Shown here piece after piece: positions 24,711 through 37,500 of a stretch of 64,000 bases of DNA. The first letter of the stretch is position 1; each line of letters opens with the position of its first letter. The stretch is taken from assembly GCA_000934665.2 (NCBI GenBank), contig KZ538002.1, positions 248,001 to 312,000 on the forward strand, given 5' to 3'. The notes under the pieces are model-generated. The model ran no database searches and was not told the origin of the DNA. It saw only the letters and a list, made by a program, of their open reading frames with translations. The stretch comes from Catajapyx aquilonaris. Lineage: Eukaryota. Position numbers and translations under genes: made by a program.

Positions 24711-27700
24711 GTAAATCCCAAATACCCTACCCAGGACTGTAAATCATTATACCCGGCCCTAACTACACACTCAGAAATAGTGTAATTGCTCAGAGGGGGG
24801 CGCCGGCTGCCCCATGCATTCATAATGTCATTGGACCACTCAAATCTATACGGATGTGCAAATGAGGGAATATATCATTCTGACTGCCCACTCTTGACCC
24901 CTGTGAAATTAAGATGTGAATTCCAACAGGCTCGCTTTAACATCTCTCTAGGAAGAAATAGAGTTAACCATCTGTTTAGAGGAGGTCAATGCCTGAGCTG
25001 GAGAATAGGAGAAGGAAAGTGGCAAATTATTAAATGAAGCATTTCGTGAAAGAAATGTAGCAATAGTGAAACGAGGAACAGCGCCTCTTGACGGATTATG
25101 TGGCAAGTTTTGTCACCCGGATTGGCCCCCCTTGTGAATATTCAGGTCTCCAAATCTTAAATGTCCAGGGGGGTAAACACACTGAATATTACTGGAGCGC
25201 TGAATAATTCATGCACAAGTCCCGGCCTCCTGATTGGCTGGCCCTGGCAGCAGTGGGCATGAAATAAGAGCTGGTCCACAGCGTTTAATCATCCTCTTCG
25301 GGAAACTTACGGCGCTTTACACAGCCCCGGACAAGACGCCCATTCATCACTGATTAGGAGCCAAAAATCTCTATTATTCATATTGAAAAATATTAAGCCG
25401 TGCTCGCACGCCCAAAAGGATAAAGCATTCACTTGTGAATCGCCAGATAATATTTTAATTTAAAACACTAGGGGTAGCTTCGGTCCAATAAATAACGCTT
25501 TAGTATAATCGCAGGCCGCTGTTCGTTTTGTCAGCCTCCCTCCCCTCCCCTTTATGGATACCTATTGTAATGTGGGCGGTTATGGCACTGCGTAACTGCA
25601 AATGAAATATGCTGTCGCATTCAGCATTTTGGGGAAGCAGCATTCAAGACGTGCTGCCCAGGAGCAACATATATAACATAGTTAGGGGACCAGCAAGAAT
25701 GCTTTCAGAATGGCATTTCGATGAGACCGATAGCTTTTTGCTTACGAAACTGGTTTTTGACTCACTTTGTGCACACGTGCAAAATTCCTAATGACATACT
25801 AGAAAATAATAATTTAAATCAAAGCGCGTCTGCCCATTTGTCTAATAGTTTGGGAGCCACTGATGATTGTTGGCTAACTGGGTTCATTTAGGTACGGAGT
25901 GGCAATTGGGTTGGCTAAAAGGCACCGCAATTGGAGTTATTGAATGATTTACAGGCCGCGGCAAATCGCTAAGAACTCCCCCTGCATAATTTATTATTGC
26001 CTACTGAGTGTGACTTACGGCCGTTATCATATTTGCACTACCTGTGGGCGTGTACGGGCCCAGTAAATAAGTTACAATGACGTCACTCCTGACTCAACCA
26101 GCACATTGATAAACCCAGAAAATGTGACTGGAACCAAAGGTAGGGGGAAGTTTTTCCCAAAAAAATGATCCCTGTCGGCCATTAGAAATAACTCACCTGA
26201 GCTCCCGAAAGGTGACACAAGTGATTTCGTTAGTGATTTATCCCGGGGGCCATCTGGGGAAGAAAAAGGGACTATTTCTCTTTTGGGGCGAGCCCACCAA
26301 ACAACCAAGCTTATTGGGAAGCCAAATAAGGCTCTAAATCTCTCCAGCCGGGTGGGGGTAGGGTTGAGCATGGGGTTGAGATGGGGGTAGTTCTCATAAT
26401 CTCACCGGCGGCCATGCTTCTCTCCAGGCTGGGTATTCATGAGGACTAACGACGAATCTGCACACATGTGTATAAACACGAGCGTGGGGTAAATGATGTT
26501 GTAGACAACACAGGTGCAACTTGTCTATTGCGCACGTTAGCAGCACGCGAGTTGGGTGGAACGGGGGAGGAAAAGCCGGTTTTCTGATTCTATTCCCCGC
26601 GGATGCAAATTGGAACGTCACCGTGTCGTTTATATGTGTGATGGAGGACTTGAACGCTGTTTGTCTGGTTAATTAGAGCATGGTCTTTGATGGTATCGTG
26701 GGTGTAAAAATAATCCGGGAGAATTTGTGGGGTGAGGGGTAATTTCGCGCACTTGGGAAACTTTCCGGGCCCTGTTTTTTGGACAAGGTTTACTTAATAT
26801 TTCGCGATTCAGATAGCTGTGGTTAAATATGCTACTACACGTTGTCAATTATTTAATTAAAATAGCGTGTACATCCGGAGAGAACTATACAATCCGTCTC
26901 ATTATCAAATTGAGTTCTAATAGTCCTCGGGTACGTTATAATAAGGTGCAACTAGGGAGTCTTTGATGGTGAGGCCACTAGGGTCAGCCGAGGTCTCCTT
27001 AACGCGATGCTCAGATTGGCCCCCTGCCATCTAAGCTTCTTGGACAAGAAGGTAAAAAAGAGTATCCTTTTTTGGGGTGGCGGGGGGTTGACAGCAAATC
27101 CCTTTGGCAGGGTGGCAATGCCGAGCTCATTACTGCAAAATCATGCCCCTCTTGAGGAGAAGCTCTGGAAAAGGCTTGGAAAATCCTCTGGCGTCATTTT
27201 CTTCCACTCGACGAGGTTTTGATGGCTGGCTCAGCTGCACGCACTTCCAGATAAGATTAGGTGAAATACTAGCCATGAATCATTTACTGGAGAGAAGCAA
27301 AATTTATTGTTGGAAAAGACAAAGCGAACAAACAAGATACGCTCCGGTTTTTTCTCTCTCTCCTTCTTCGTAGCTGGTTACGAAAAAAAGCTGTACTTAA
27401 TCACCAAGAGCTTCGTCTGGAAGCCCTAGAGTATGACTTGCCGCGTTTAATCCTTCTTACGAGAGATTTGCATTTTAATTAAAAGGAAAGTGATGAAATG
27501 ATAATCACATCTTGTTTTGCAAAGGCTTCCAAATTAATACAGGTATGACTTGCTATCTTGGGAGAACAGGCATCTGTAGCGAAAGTGAGGGCTGGGGGGG
27601 GCTGGGAGGGGGGGGGGTGCAGGATATAGTTTCTATCCCCAGTGTGGATTTCTGGTATAATTGAAGACTACCGATTTGAGGGCTTTGCGGGAGACGGGGA

Positions 27701-27929
27701 ATGCTTTTGGATATTACTCCTCCTTGACTCTCTTTTACGCTTGCTTGAAGGGTGAGGAGAAAAATGAGCCGACTAACTTCGAGGACAGAAACGAAGATGA
27801 GTGTCATTTGTCAGGGGAAAATATTTTTAGAATTATCGATTCACACCCTGAGAGCTTTTCGGAGAAGGAAACGAGTGATCCCAAGGAGCAGAAAACATGT
27901 GGTAATACTTGTGCTTTGTCTCCTGTCAG

Positions 27930-27989
27930 ATCTGGCTTATGGGAGAACTGCCGTGCGGCCTATGAGGACATCGTCAAGCATCTTGAAAG
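27930..27989 (+). CDS. dac: dachshund 60-nt coding exon C (SGLWENCRAAYEDIVKHLE)
   Basis: Acceptor ctttgtctcctgtcag| at 27929 and donor gaaag|gtactg at 27989. WENCRAAYEDIVKHLER is a motif I recognise from arthropod Dac. Phase 2/2. Confidence 0.93.
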
Positions 27990-30900
27990 GTACTGTACAC
28001 TTCTTTATTTAGCCCCAGCCGAATGTGAAATAAATATCCTACTTCCCCCGCCTGTACAATAAATAAAATGGCGTCAGGAAGCTAGAGTAGTTGGGTGACG
28101 CCTCCAGCAGAGGGTACGACGGGATCCTGATAATCCCAGGCGTTTGTGAAGCGAATAAGCGAGCTGGAAAACGCAGAGAGGTAGCTGGGGGATGGAGGGG
28201 GAGGGAAGGGGCAAAAATGTGGAGTTACCATAACGACTAAAGGCATTGGTTTTGGTCTATCACACTTCATTAGCGATGTCACAGGAAGGCCTGGAATGGT
28301 TATGACAAAAAGCGGAGCACCCACGTCTTTCCGGCCAGCGGCGAGATAAACAATTTTCGCTCGGGTGACACATTGTTATGGCGTTTTGGCCGAGGGGACG
28401 ACCGACGCACTTGCCACCCTGCTATTTGCTCCTTTGCGTTCTGCGGTGAATCATTTGCCATTCAGAATGGAAATCAACGGAAGGAGATGAGGAGGAGGAG
28501 GAGGGGGGAGAAAAGGCCCGGGGATTTCATAAACAGCTGGAAAATCGGTCCGGATTTTGTCACTTCCCTCCAAGCTGGTATTTCCCCGTTTGCTTTTGAG
28601 TCCAGGTCAGACCCTGGGGTAATCCGGAACGAGTGGTCCGTCGAGATTCCAGACTTATCCTGAGGATTTTGCGTATCGCCACCGAATTGATTCGCCCCCT
28701 AGACTTTTGACCTTTCATAAAATTTCGCAGCGGTGAGTATGATGAATCTGGTTTTATTTTTGGCGCATCCACCCACCCCACCTTCTACATGACGCTCGTA
28801 CCTTCCAGCAATGAACCAGATAAGCCCGTTTTTTCGGCCCCGCATCAGTTGGCACCTTAGGTGGCGTTTATCCCCAAAACAGGTATAATGGTGGGCCCCC
28901 AAGTTACCTGGAGGGAAAAAACTTCTAACCAGAGGCGATTGCGTGCGCCGATCCGTTTTGCACTTTCCGGTTGCCTTACTTTTTAAGCCCCGTCTCCCAA
29001 ACTGTTTGGCATCACGCATTTGACATTAATTAGATCGGCCCGAAAGGAACGGGACCTGCAAGGTTTTCATCGTGTTTTTGATGCGTCGTAAATGGTGTCG
29101 AGGAGGAAATTGCATTAAGACTGTTTGTACGGCGGGGGACTCATATCCCGCCGGGTTTTATGCCGCCGGAACTAGGCCCCAGCCTCAAAATGGAAGCGGG
29201 GCGAAGGGGGACACTTTTTGTCTGCTCGCAGGACAACCTGACATTTTTTGATTGCCATGTAATGCCGTTGGGCCCAAATTATAAGAATGCCACTCATTTG
29301 CCAGAAAGTGACACCATCTTGGAATTTCTCTTATAAATTTGAAAATAAAAAAAACCTTCCCCCTCCCTCATATTCCACTCCATCCCCCACTTTTTTTTAA
29401 CCCGTCATCTCCGGAACATTCCCCCATCCCCTGGCCGCCCCCACCGGTAATTTAACGTGCGGAAGATCAAACTGCTGGGCACGGGCTTGAAAATGCACAG
29501 AATGTGACTTTTTTGTGAGGGTAGTATTTTTTCTAATAACAGTGCAGACAACATAGGAGCAATTTGGCCCGGTGCGTTTTCTGGGCGCGGGCCGCCAGCA
29601 TCATTTCATAGCTTAAGCAGAAAGTTACAGGGAAATTTACGAGATCCCGGATCTTTATGAATACGAAATATCGCACGTGCTGCATAAAATGAGACTACAT
29701 CGAGGATCGTAACTTGCCTAACGAGACGAAAGTTTAAGTGTGAAAATAAAAGGCTGGCTATACATCATACAAGCGGCAGTCTACCGCAGTTAATAAAAAA
29801 ATATCCGCAGTAGATGTTGCAATTACTGAAGGCGCAGGGTGGGAGGAAGAGGAAGGCCAAAATTAAAGGGTGTGACGTATTGGTTCTTGCCTCATCCGCT
29901 TCTCTTTTTTTCGCAAGGCGTCTTAGGAAAAACGGAGAGAAATTGAAATCTATTAATATTTTGTGCAATGCCATTGTGCTGTTTCTCAAGATGGATGCAT
30001 TCATTGTGTCCAAATTATTCCAACCATTTGACAAATGCGGACTCCCCATTGTTTCCACTTGTCACGTCTGTCGTGCTGTAAGACGTTGTATTTTTTATTA
30101 TTTTAATCGGAATAGTCGTGTCGGCACAGTCGGTAACGCTGTTAAAAAGCCGGGCAGGCGATATCCATCGACATGGCAGTTGTCGACACATGGCTTTAGC
30201 GACAAAGTCCTCCGCATGTCTGCGGGCCATTTAAAGCCCCCGCCAGCTTTTCTGCCAGCTATCCCTGCTGGTAAACCTGTCGGCTGGCACACTTCCAGTC
30301 ATGTCATTTTGGGCTGGAGGGGGGGTATATATGGGGAGGGGGCACACAGTTCGTCACCCACCCGCCCTCCCCTGCCTGCCTCCCCGGCCAAAAGCTCCGT
30401 TTCCCTCGCCTGCAACCACCAGCACTCCACAAATCAGATTCCAAGTGACAAATCGTTTCTCGTATTTCCAGCTACTGGGAGATAACGTTAATAGAGCTGG
30501 CGGGCTCCGCATTTATGCCCTCTGCTATTCCACTTGACTCGACCCCCAACAAGTGCCAGATGATTCATTTTACGCACTGGAAACGGCGCTTTCGCGGCCT
30601 TTTATTCCATGGGAATTAGCCCCTCCCTACCTTTTTATTCCCACTCCCGGGATATATGTTACGTGTGTTTGCCATTTGTTTTTTGCTCCTCGTTTTACGA
30701 TTCGGCGCAACGCTTTAAGCGTTTCATTTTGTCAGGGAACAAGTGTCTCTCGGCTGGAGTCACACTCATTCAATGGCTCGCACAATATTGCTCCTCAAGT
30801 TGTGGCCAGGTCAATTTCAATACTCATTTTCTATACGTTGTACTATTGCGGATTCTCATTTTTTTGGGTCTATCCTGCTGTGCCACTACCTGCCTCTTGG

Positions 30901-33900
30901 GACAAATGGGAATGTACTTCAGGTAGTGGCACTCGCAGGATATTATTATTTTAGACAGGAGTGTACTTCTGGAAGTATATTGCTTGCTGATGACTGTATC
31001 CGTTCGTGGAAAAAAAGACAATGGGTACAACTGTAATAGACATAAATAATAGAGCAAATAATACGACGAGATTAAAATCAATAAATGCATAGTTAAGTAG
31101 AAAGAGCGAGAATGACTATGTTATACTTTTTGCAATTAGCATTTCTGCCGCAATTTATTACAGTTTCACCATTTCACCGGTGCTCGATATTGAATATTTC
31201 TATAGGTTAAAAGGTCGAGTAATGCATTTTCCAACAATAGGGTATGATTACAGTATTTGCATGAAGCAAAATGAGCAACCCGCTGTAATCTCTCCATTTA
31301 ATTACATCACCTTGTAAGGTACCAGTAATTGTATCGCATCCCACAAAAAAATGGGAAGCTTCCATTGTAATCGCAACAGTCGCGGTTTTGGCCCCACCTT
31401 ACATCCCATTGTTTCCAGTTGTTGTAGGCCGCACAATAAAGCTAGGCGGTAACCTCTTTGCCTAATGAAGCGGGGGAGGAGGGCAGGGGGGGGGGGAGGT
31501 GGTTCCAAAATGTAACACCCCCGCCATTTAGCCTCCCCCTCCCTCCTCTTCCCGTGACAAACCCCATAAGTGGCCTGGAGGACCATGAGAACCTAAATCT
31601 GCAACCCCCTCCCCCATTTCCAAGTCTGCAAAACGACTCCCTGAAAACCTCGGAATTCCTCTAAATGTAGGAAATAGAATTTCCTCCGAATTAGTCTCAA
31701 GGGGAGGGCGGGGGAGGGAGTCTACCACACCCCTAATTTTCTCATCCCTCCCCCCCCCCTCCCCTTCCACTTTCCCTTGGAAGATTTTTGGTGTTAGGGA
31801 GGCAAATGTTGCATCTGAATATTTCAATAAGTTGCGGGAGCCTAGTTTGGATGCTGTGCATAAAGTTTTGTGGGGGTTTATGGAAGGGGGATGAGTCTGC
31901 ACTATGTCGTAATAATGCGTCCCCGGTCCCCCGCAAGTGACAAAGTTAATGTATTTGAAAGTTATTAAAGTGTACCATTAATCATCATTGGCGCATCGTT
32001 GCCGTCAACTGGGCGCATTCTGCTGCCTCCCACCCCCCAGCGCATGCGGATGATTATAATCTATCATCGCAGCCACTCTTAAAAAATTCAGGACAGCTGT
32101 CTTGCCAAATAGTGCTAACACCAACAATAGGGGTGTTGTTGACCTACTAGGGGGGGAAGTTGAGCCATAAGTACTAGCGGGCCATCTTTCGGCAGTGGCT
32201 GCACCTAAGCGCGTGCGGCGGGTAAAAACGAATGATGGCAGAAAAGGACCGGAGGCAAATGTAATAATAGGTGTTGATGGGGCGGGGGAACAAGAAAGGA
32301 GATTGTCAGCTCCCAGAAGGGGCTCGGGCTGGAACATAGGCCAATCTGAAAGCAACAACACCTGAACCACCCCCCTCTTGCCTTAAGACCACTCACATTG
32401 TGAGCGGATGACAGGCCCACACAACAGATGGCGCCATTACAACGCGGAGACAACCTCGCCGATGACAGGGACTGGGGAGGAGGCGGGGGGAATCATAGCG
32501 ACGCCATATTAACTCTTGGAAGTGGTCCACCGAATAAGTTAACAGCTACAGGGTGCTCTAAAACGTTTGACATCGATGCAATCCTAAAAAATGATATCAA
32601 ATGAAAAATTTATGTAACGTGGCCGAAAATGTGACAATTGCGAGGGAATGAGTAAAAAATTCAGGCACTTTGTATCCACGCATGCTGCTGAGAAAGTGAG
32701 CAATATTTATCCCAGCATAAACAGCATAGGTCCCGCATTATTACCCGGACAGGGCGTTAATAAACTGTGCAATAACCCGCCAAAGGTGTAATTATTCATA
32801 TTTGCTCAAGTTGAGGGTCGAGGCGACAGTGTCGTTAACCGCGGCATAAAAACAAGTAAATGAAGTATTAAATCATATTTATGCATTAAAAAGTTAGCAT
32901 TTAAAATTAGTTTGGTTTTACGACATCCTGTCCAGTGCTTTCCGGTTTTTGCCTCCCCTCCCGGAGATGCGCAAAAAATGCAGAATGAAGGACATAAGTC
33001 CGGTTATTTTCTCCATCACGCTGTTACAGGTGAGATAATTTCACCACTCGATGGAAATGTTACCTTTCCAGTTTAACTCATTAAATCTTGCATGACACGA
33101 TTGGAAACAGCGTGCCTATACACGAATGTAAGGAAAATGCGAAGGGCTCATGACAGAGGTGTGCAGATTCGGCATAATGCAAATGACGTGACACACCATT
33201 TCTGACTTAAGTCCAGTTGGGCCCCCGCTAAACCGATTACTCCCAGGCGAAATAATATTCCAGACACGCAGTCTGGTTGAATTCTGAAATTACGCCGAAG
33301 CACCTTCCTTTTTACCTCTGATATGTTTTGACGGGTGATACATGACTTCACGCAATTAAAATTCACGGCCCCCATAGGCCTAAACAGGGTGTATAGTGTA
33401 GGTTTAAAAAAAATATGCGCGCATAACAATTTTTTCCGCATCATCCCCACCCAACCATGCATAATTCTAACCACGGGGGCTATGTCAGGTTCGAAGGCAT
33501 GACAACATTTTACAGAAAAGCAGATTATTTGTATGCCGGAATCGAAAATTGAGCTCAAAACAGATCGGATTCCCTGCGAAAGCCTCGGGCCATTCCACTC
33601 CAGGCTACAAAACAGACGAGCGAGGTACAAATCAAACTTTTTTTTTTTTTGAACTTTCACACACACACACATACCCATTCCACCAATCCTCTCTACCTAA
33701 CTCCCAACACCTCCCAGCACTCGCTTTAGAGATTATCCCCCAAGCTTCAAGTTCATTCCGGATTCACTAGCTACTGTCGGCCGCCATTTTTGCATCCCCC
33801 GGATTTTGGCTAGGGGTCCTCTGATGGGTTCAATCTGGATTTTTGCGCTGTTCTAATGTGGTTAAATTTTTTGGGGATATCAGGGGGAATTTATAAATGG

Positions 33901-34067
33901 GCGCCGGAGATAATTTTACGTTAATTAGAAAGGCCGCAATGTGTCAGATTTTCTTGGCATACAACATGGGGATTTGCTCATTTGAAATAGAGTACTGGTC
34001 AGGATACTGCCAGAAGTAGCCTACATCAGTGTTTCAATCAACACTAATCGTGCAATAGACAGTGTGA

Positions 34068-34520
34068 TGGTTGACCTCCAGGTCATCTTTCTTGACCCCG
34101 TACGGTCCAATAATACACAGCCTGCTGCCAGGCCGTTTCACGACTCACTCACATAAGAGCACACACTCCCTGCGGCCTATTAGGTGTGAGGATGTGAAAA
34201 AGACAACTTTTCAAAGCTAGTTTAACCTAACCTAGGCTGAGAAAATGGGACTTTTCTAAAACCCTGCAACTGGAAATAGTGGGGACCTGTCCCCACTATA
34301 CTGCAAAAGCAAACCCGCAATTTTCTTGTGGGGACCCCGTAAACGTCCCCGCAAGTGGGGAAAATGTCCCCACAGATGAGTGAAAGTCCCCACAGTTACA
34401 GTACAAACAACTACTTTCGGTCCCACAGCTTATTGAAGACAGGTACACTCACCCATGTCCACCACACCCGGAAGACGCCACTACGCCACTACCATCTAGT
34501 GAGGGACGTCGCAACAGATA
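34068..34520. repeat. Dispersed repeat, copy 1 (homologous to 47855-48018), interrupted by an insert of about 300 bp
   Basis: Shares GGTTGACCTC, GGTCCAATAATACACAG, GCCTGCTG(C/T)CAGGCCGTT(T/A)CACGACT and GACGCCACT...TCTAGTGAGG with 47855-48018. Confidence 0.7.
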
Positions 34521-37500
34521 CGCTTTAATTATTTTTTGAGCACATTTTTACATATTTGTTACGAGCAAATAACTGTACGTGTCCTATATGTAGGACATTG
34601 GGCATAATCGACAGATTTTGGCCACATTTATACTGGGCATTCACGATTCAAAAAGAAATGAATACCACTGATGACAAGGCGCCAAATGACTGCAACTGTC
34701 GATTACGTGCACCCCTTTCAGGCACAAAAACCCGTTTTTTTTTAAGGATCCGTCGTGTCCGTAGGGGGACCAAAAAAAAAAAAAAATCCGGAAAAACCGG
34801 CTCTTTTTTGTAGTAAGGTGTCGTCTGCCACCGCCAACATTTCACGCCGGTGATAGATGCCCAGTAATTTACGGGGGATAAAAGAACCTTTGTGGCCGAG
34901 ATTTATGTAGATGGACTGTATGGTGGGGAGTGTATATTCGAGACTTTGTTGGGTTTTTATTGTTTTCGTCACGCACAGAACCCACCCCTCCCCCGTCCAC
35001 CGCCTTCCCACAAAAACCTAAAACCCACGGAATAAATGGGGCTGTTCTGGCAGCAGAATAGCCTATTTTCTGTCAAGCAAGATGAAATGGAAAAGCTGAC
35101 GTTCTCAGGCCAACTTGTTGAGGAAACAAAATCTGTTGAATTTGCGGTGCGAATAGCTTTTGAATGGTTAGGGGTCCCAAGCACTCTCTCTCTCTCTCCA
35201 CACACTGAAATTTTGTCACAATGTTTTCAAAAAGAGGTCCAGAGTAGATGGAGGGGGGGAGGGGTGGGCCAGCGAAATTACTCTCCCGAGTTGTACCTTT
35301 TCATGGCACTTTGCGAAATATAATTGGGGAGTCGACCCCCGGGAGAAATAGGCAACAATATCCGGGGATTTCACCCCGGTTTCCTAATCTCCATCTCTGA
35401 GGCAACTCTGGTATAACCCGCGCCTTCCCCCACCTAGTCCCTCCCTCCCTCTCTCCATGCCAGGGGGGAACTTTTAGGCCCTGGCTCGGACGACATGATA
35501 CGCAACAAACTTTCCTCTTCGGCGTGACCGAGCTAATTTGGAGCAAGTAGGCTCAAGCGCACACGTTAATTTCTATCGCTTTTGCGTCCACAAAAGCTGG
35601 CCCGGTGACAAAGGGCCGCGGGGACCTGGGGGACAAATCATATAGAGAAGCTTGGCGGCTTGTTGCATTTTCGGCCCCCATTGGGATGCTGGGATTTTGC
35701 AGGTCTCAAGTGAGGGATCCCTGCTCCTCCACCTACCCCCAGCCAACTGCATCCAAGCCACTTGCCTGCCATTAGTTGCAATTCCGGAAGGCTTTGAAAC
35801 AAAGTGATGCTGGTTTGTGTGTAAAGCGGGACAAAATACTGAGGGAAACCGACCAATACACCATCAACCAACCCTATATGTCAAATACATTCTCTATTTT
35901 ATTTTATTGCCCTTTCTGGGAGTTACAGGCTAAACAAAAATTATTGGCATGTTATAGCGAAGGTATTTCCTGGTAGTGCCTGTCACCTCTATATTGTCCA
36001 ATGAGCATTGAATAAGACCAGCTGGAAAGGGGCAATTCATTCATTTCTGAGAATACATTGTCGTGATTGCCCACACTTAAAAGGGGACAAAGAAATTAAC
36101 AACCGTTTTTTTGATTGTCCATTACCAGTTATATTCAGTTAACAGCGCAAAAAACGGCAATCAATTTGAGAAGCCCCGTTGTGCAATATGTCTGTAATAA
36201 TCAGCCCCCTTTTTTTCATTTTTTGGCGTCCCCCCCCCCCCCTGCATGGTCGGCAAAGGAACAATACTTGCGACCCGTGTCACTGGGGCCTGAAATCCAC
36301 AGATGAATATGAGTCATTGAAGAGCCCGCCAAAAAACCTTGGCCAAACTAATGAGGCGAGACATGTCGGCACATGCAATGCGGGCCGAAAAACAAAGGGC
36401 AAAATATAGGCCACCCAGTTTTTGTTTCCTGAGTACGTTTCGTCGTCTATCATGGCATAAATACCTCGTTTCAACTCCACTTGACACATTTGTAGGCAAT
36501 GAACCACAGTCATGAATGCGACATGATACTGAACATGCAATGGATTTTAGTTTCCGAATAATGTTGTTGGCGGTCCGTCTCCATTTGGAAGTCCAAAACC
36601 GGGGAGGGGGGGGGGGGGTTAGGGAGAGGATGAGGGGGGTGGAGGGGGAGGTGAGTGGTCCTAATATTTTGTTTCCATGCAGACCCAGCCATTGTGAAGG
36701 GCCTATACATTGTCCGGCCAATTGAACCTCCCCGGATAAAAATTGCCAGGGTTGCTAACAACGAATATTACAACCGGTCCGAGTTTCCCTCAGCTAACTT
36801 GCATGAGAGCAAACCAAGCAGGGATGTTTGTCCACGCATTTCAACACGCCACCAGATAGGTTATATATTTAGGAGGTAAAAAAAAAGAGCGAGGGAGGCC
36901 CTCGCTATTAATCAGGCCTATCGGTATACTATTAGTAAGCAAAACAAGGTTAATTAACTTGGTATATTTTCTATCGCGTGGCCTGCGCTGGAAATGGGCA
37001 ACCACTGTTTGCTTACATGCTGCTGGTAATCATTCAAACAAAGCCGTCGTCGGGGAAAACATGGAGGAGGATGCGACAGTGGCGACCCTAGCGGAACAGG
37101 CCCGAACCTTACCAAACAGGAATGGCTTGTTTGGAAAGGTTCGTACGAGTACCGCATGGAGGCACTGCTCTGGCGGCTTTTCCCCCCAAATGACGGCGGC
37201 AACACTGGGATGACATGAACGCGAGTGTGGCGACCCTCTCGGCTCTCGACGGCACCAACAGCAAGAGCCATCGAGTAACACAAAAAAGGTGGAGGACGCG
37301 ACATCAGCGACCCTCTTGGCTTCCGCGGCTCCGAGTGGAAGCTGCCCAAAGTAACAGGACTCTGGGACTTCTGGTGACAAACCTCAACAACTCGCCACCG
37401 CAATTAACACTCCATGGTGGGTTTGGCGTGGTGGGTGTGCGCCCTACTCCACGCGGTGTAAATCAACACCTGGGCTCGCAATGCCAGCAAGGTCGAATTA

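Noticed and set aside
29814..30485. 223-aa ORF
   Set aside because: No family motif and no convincing exon boundaries. The sequence looks regulatory or intronic.
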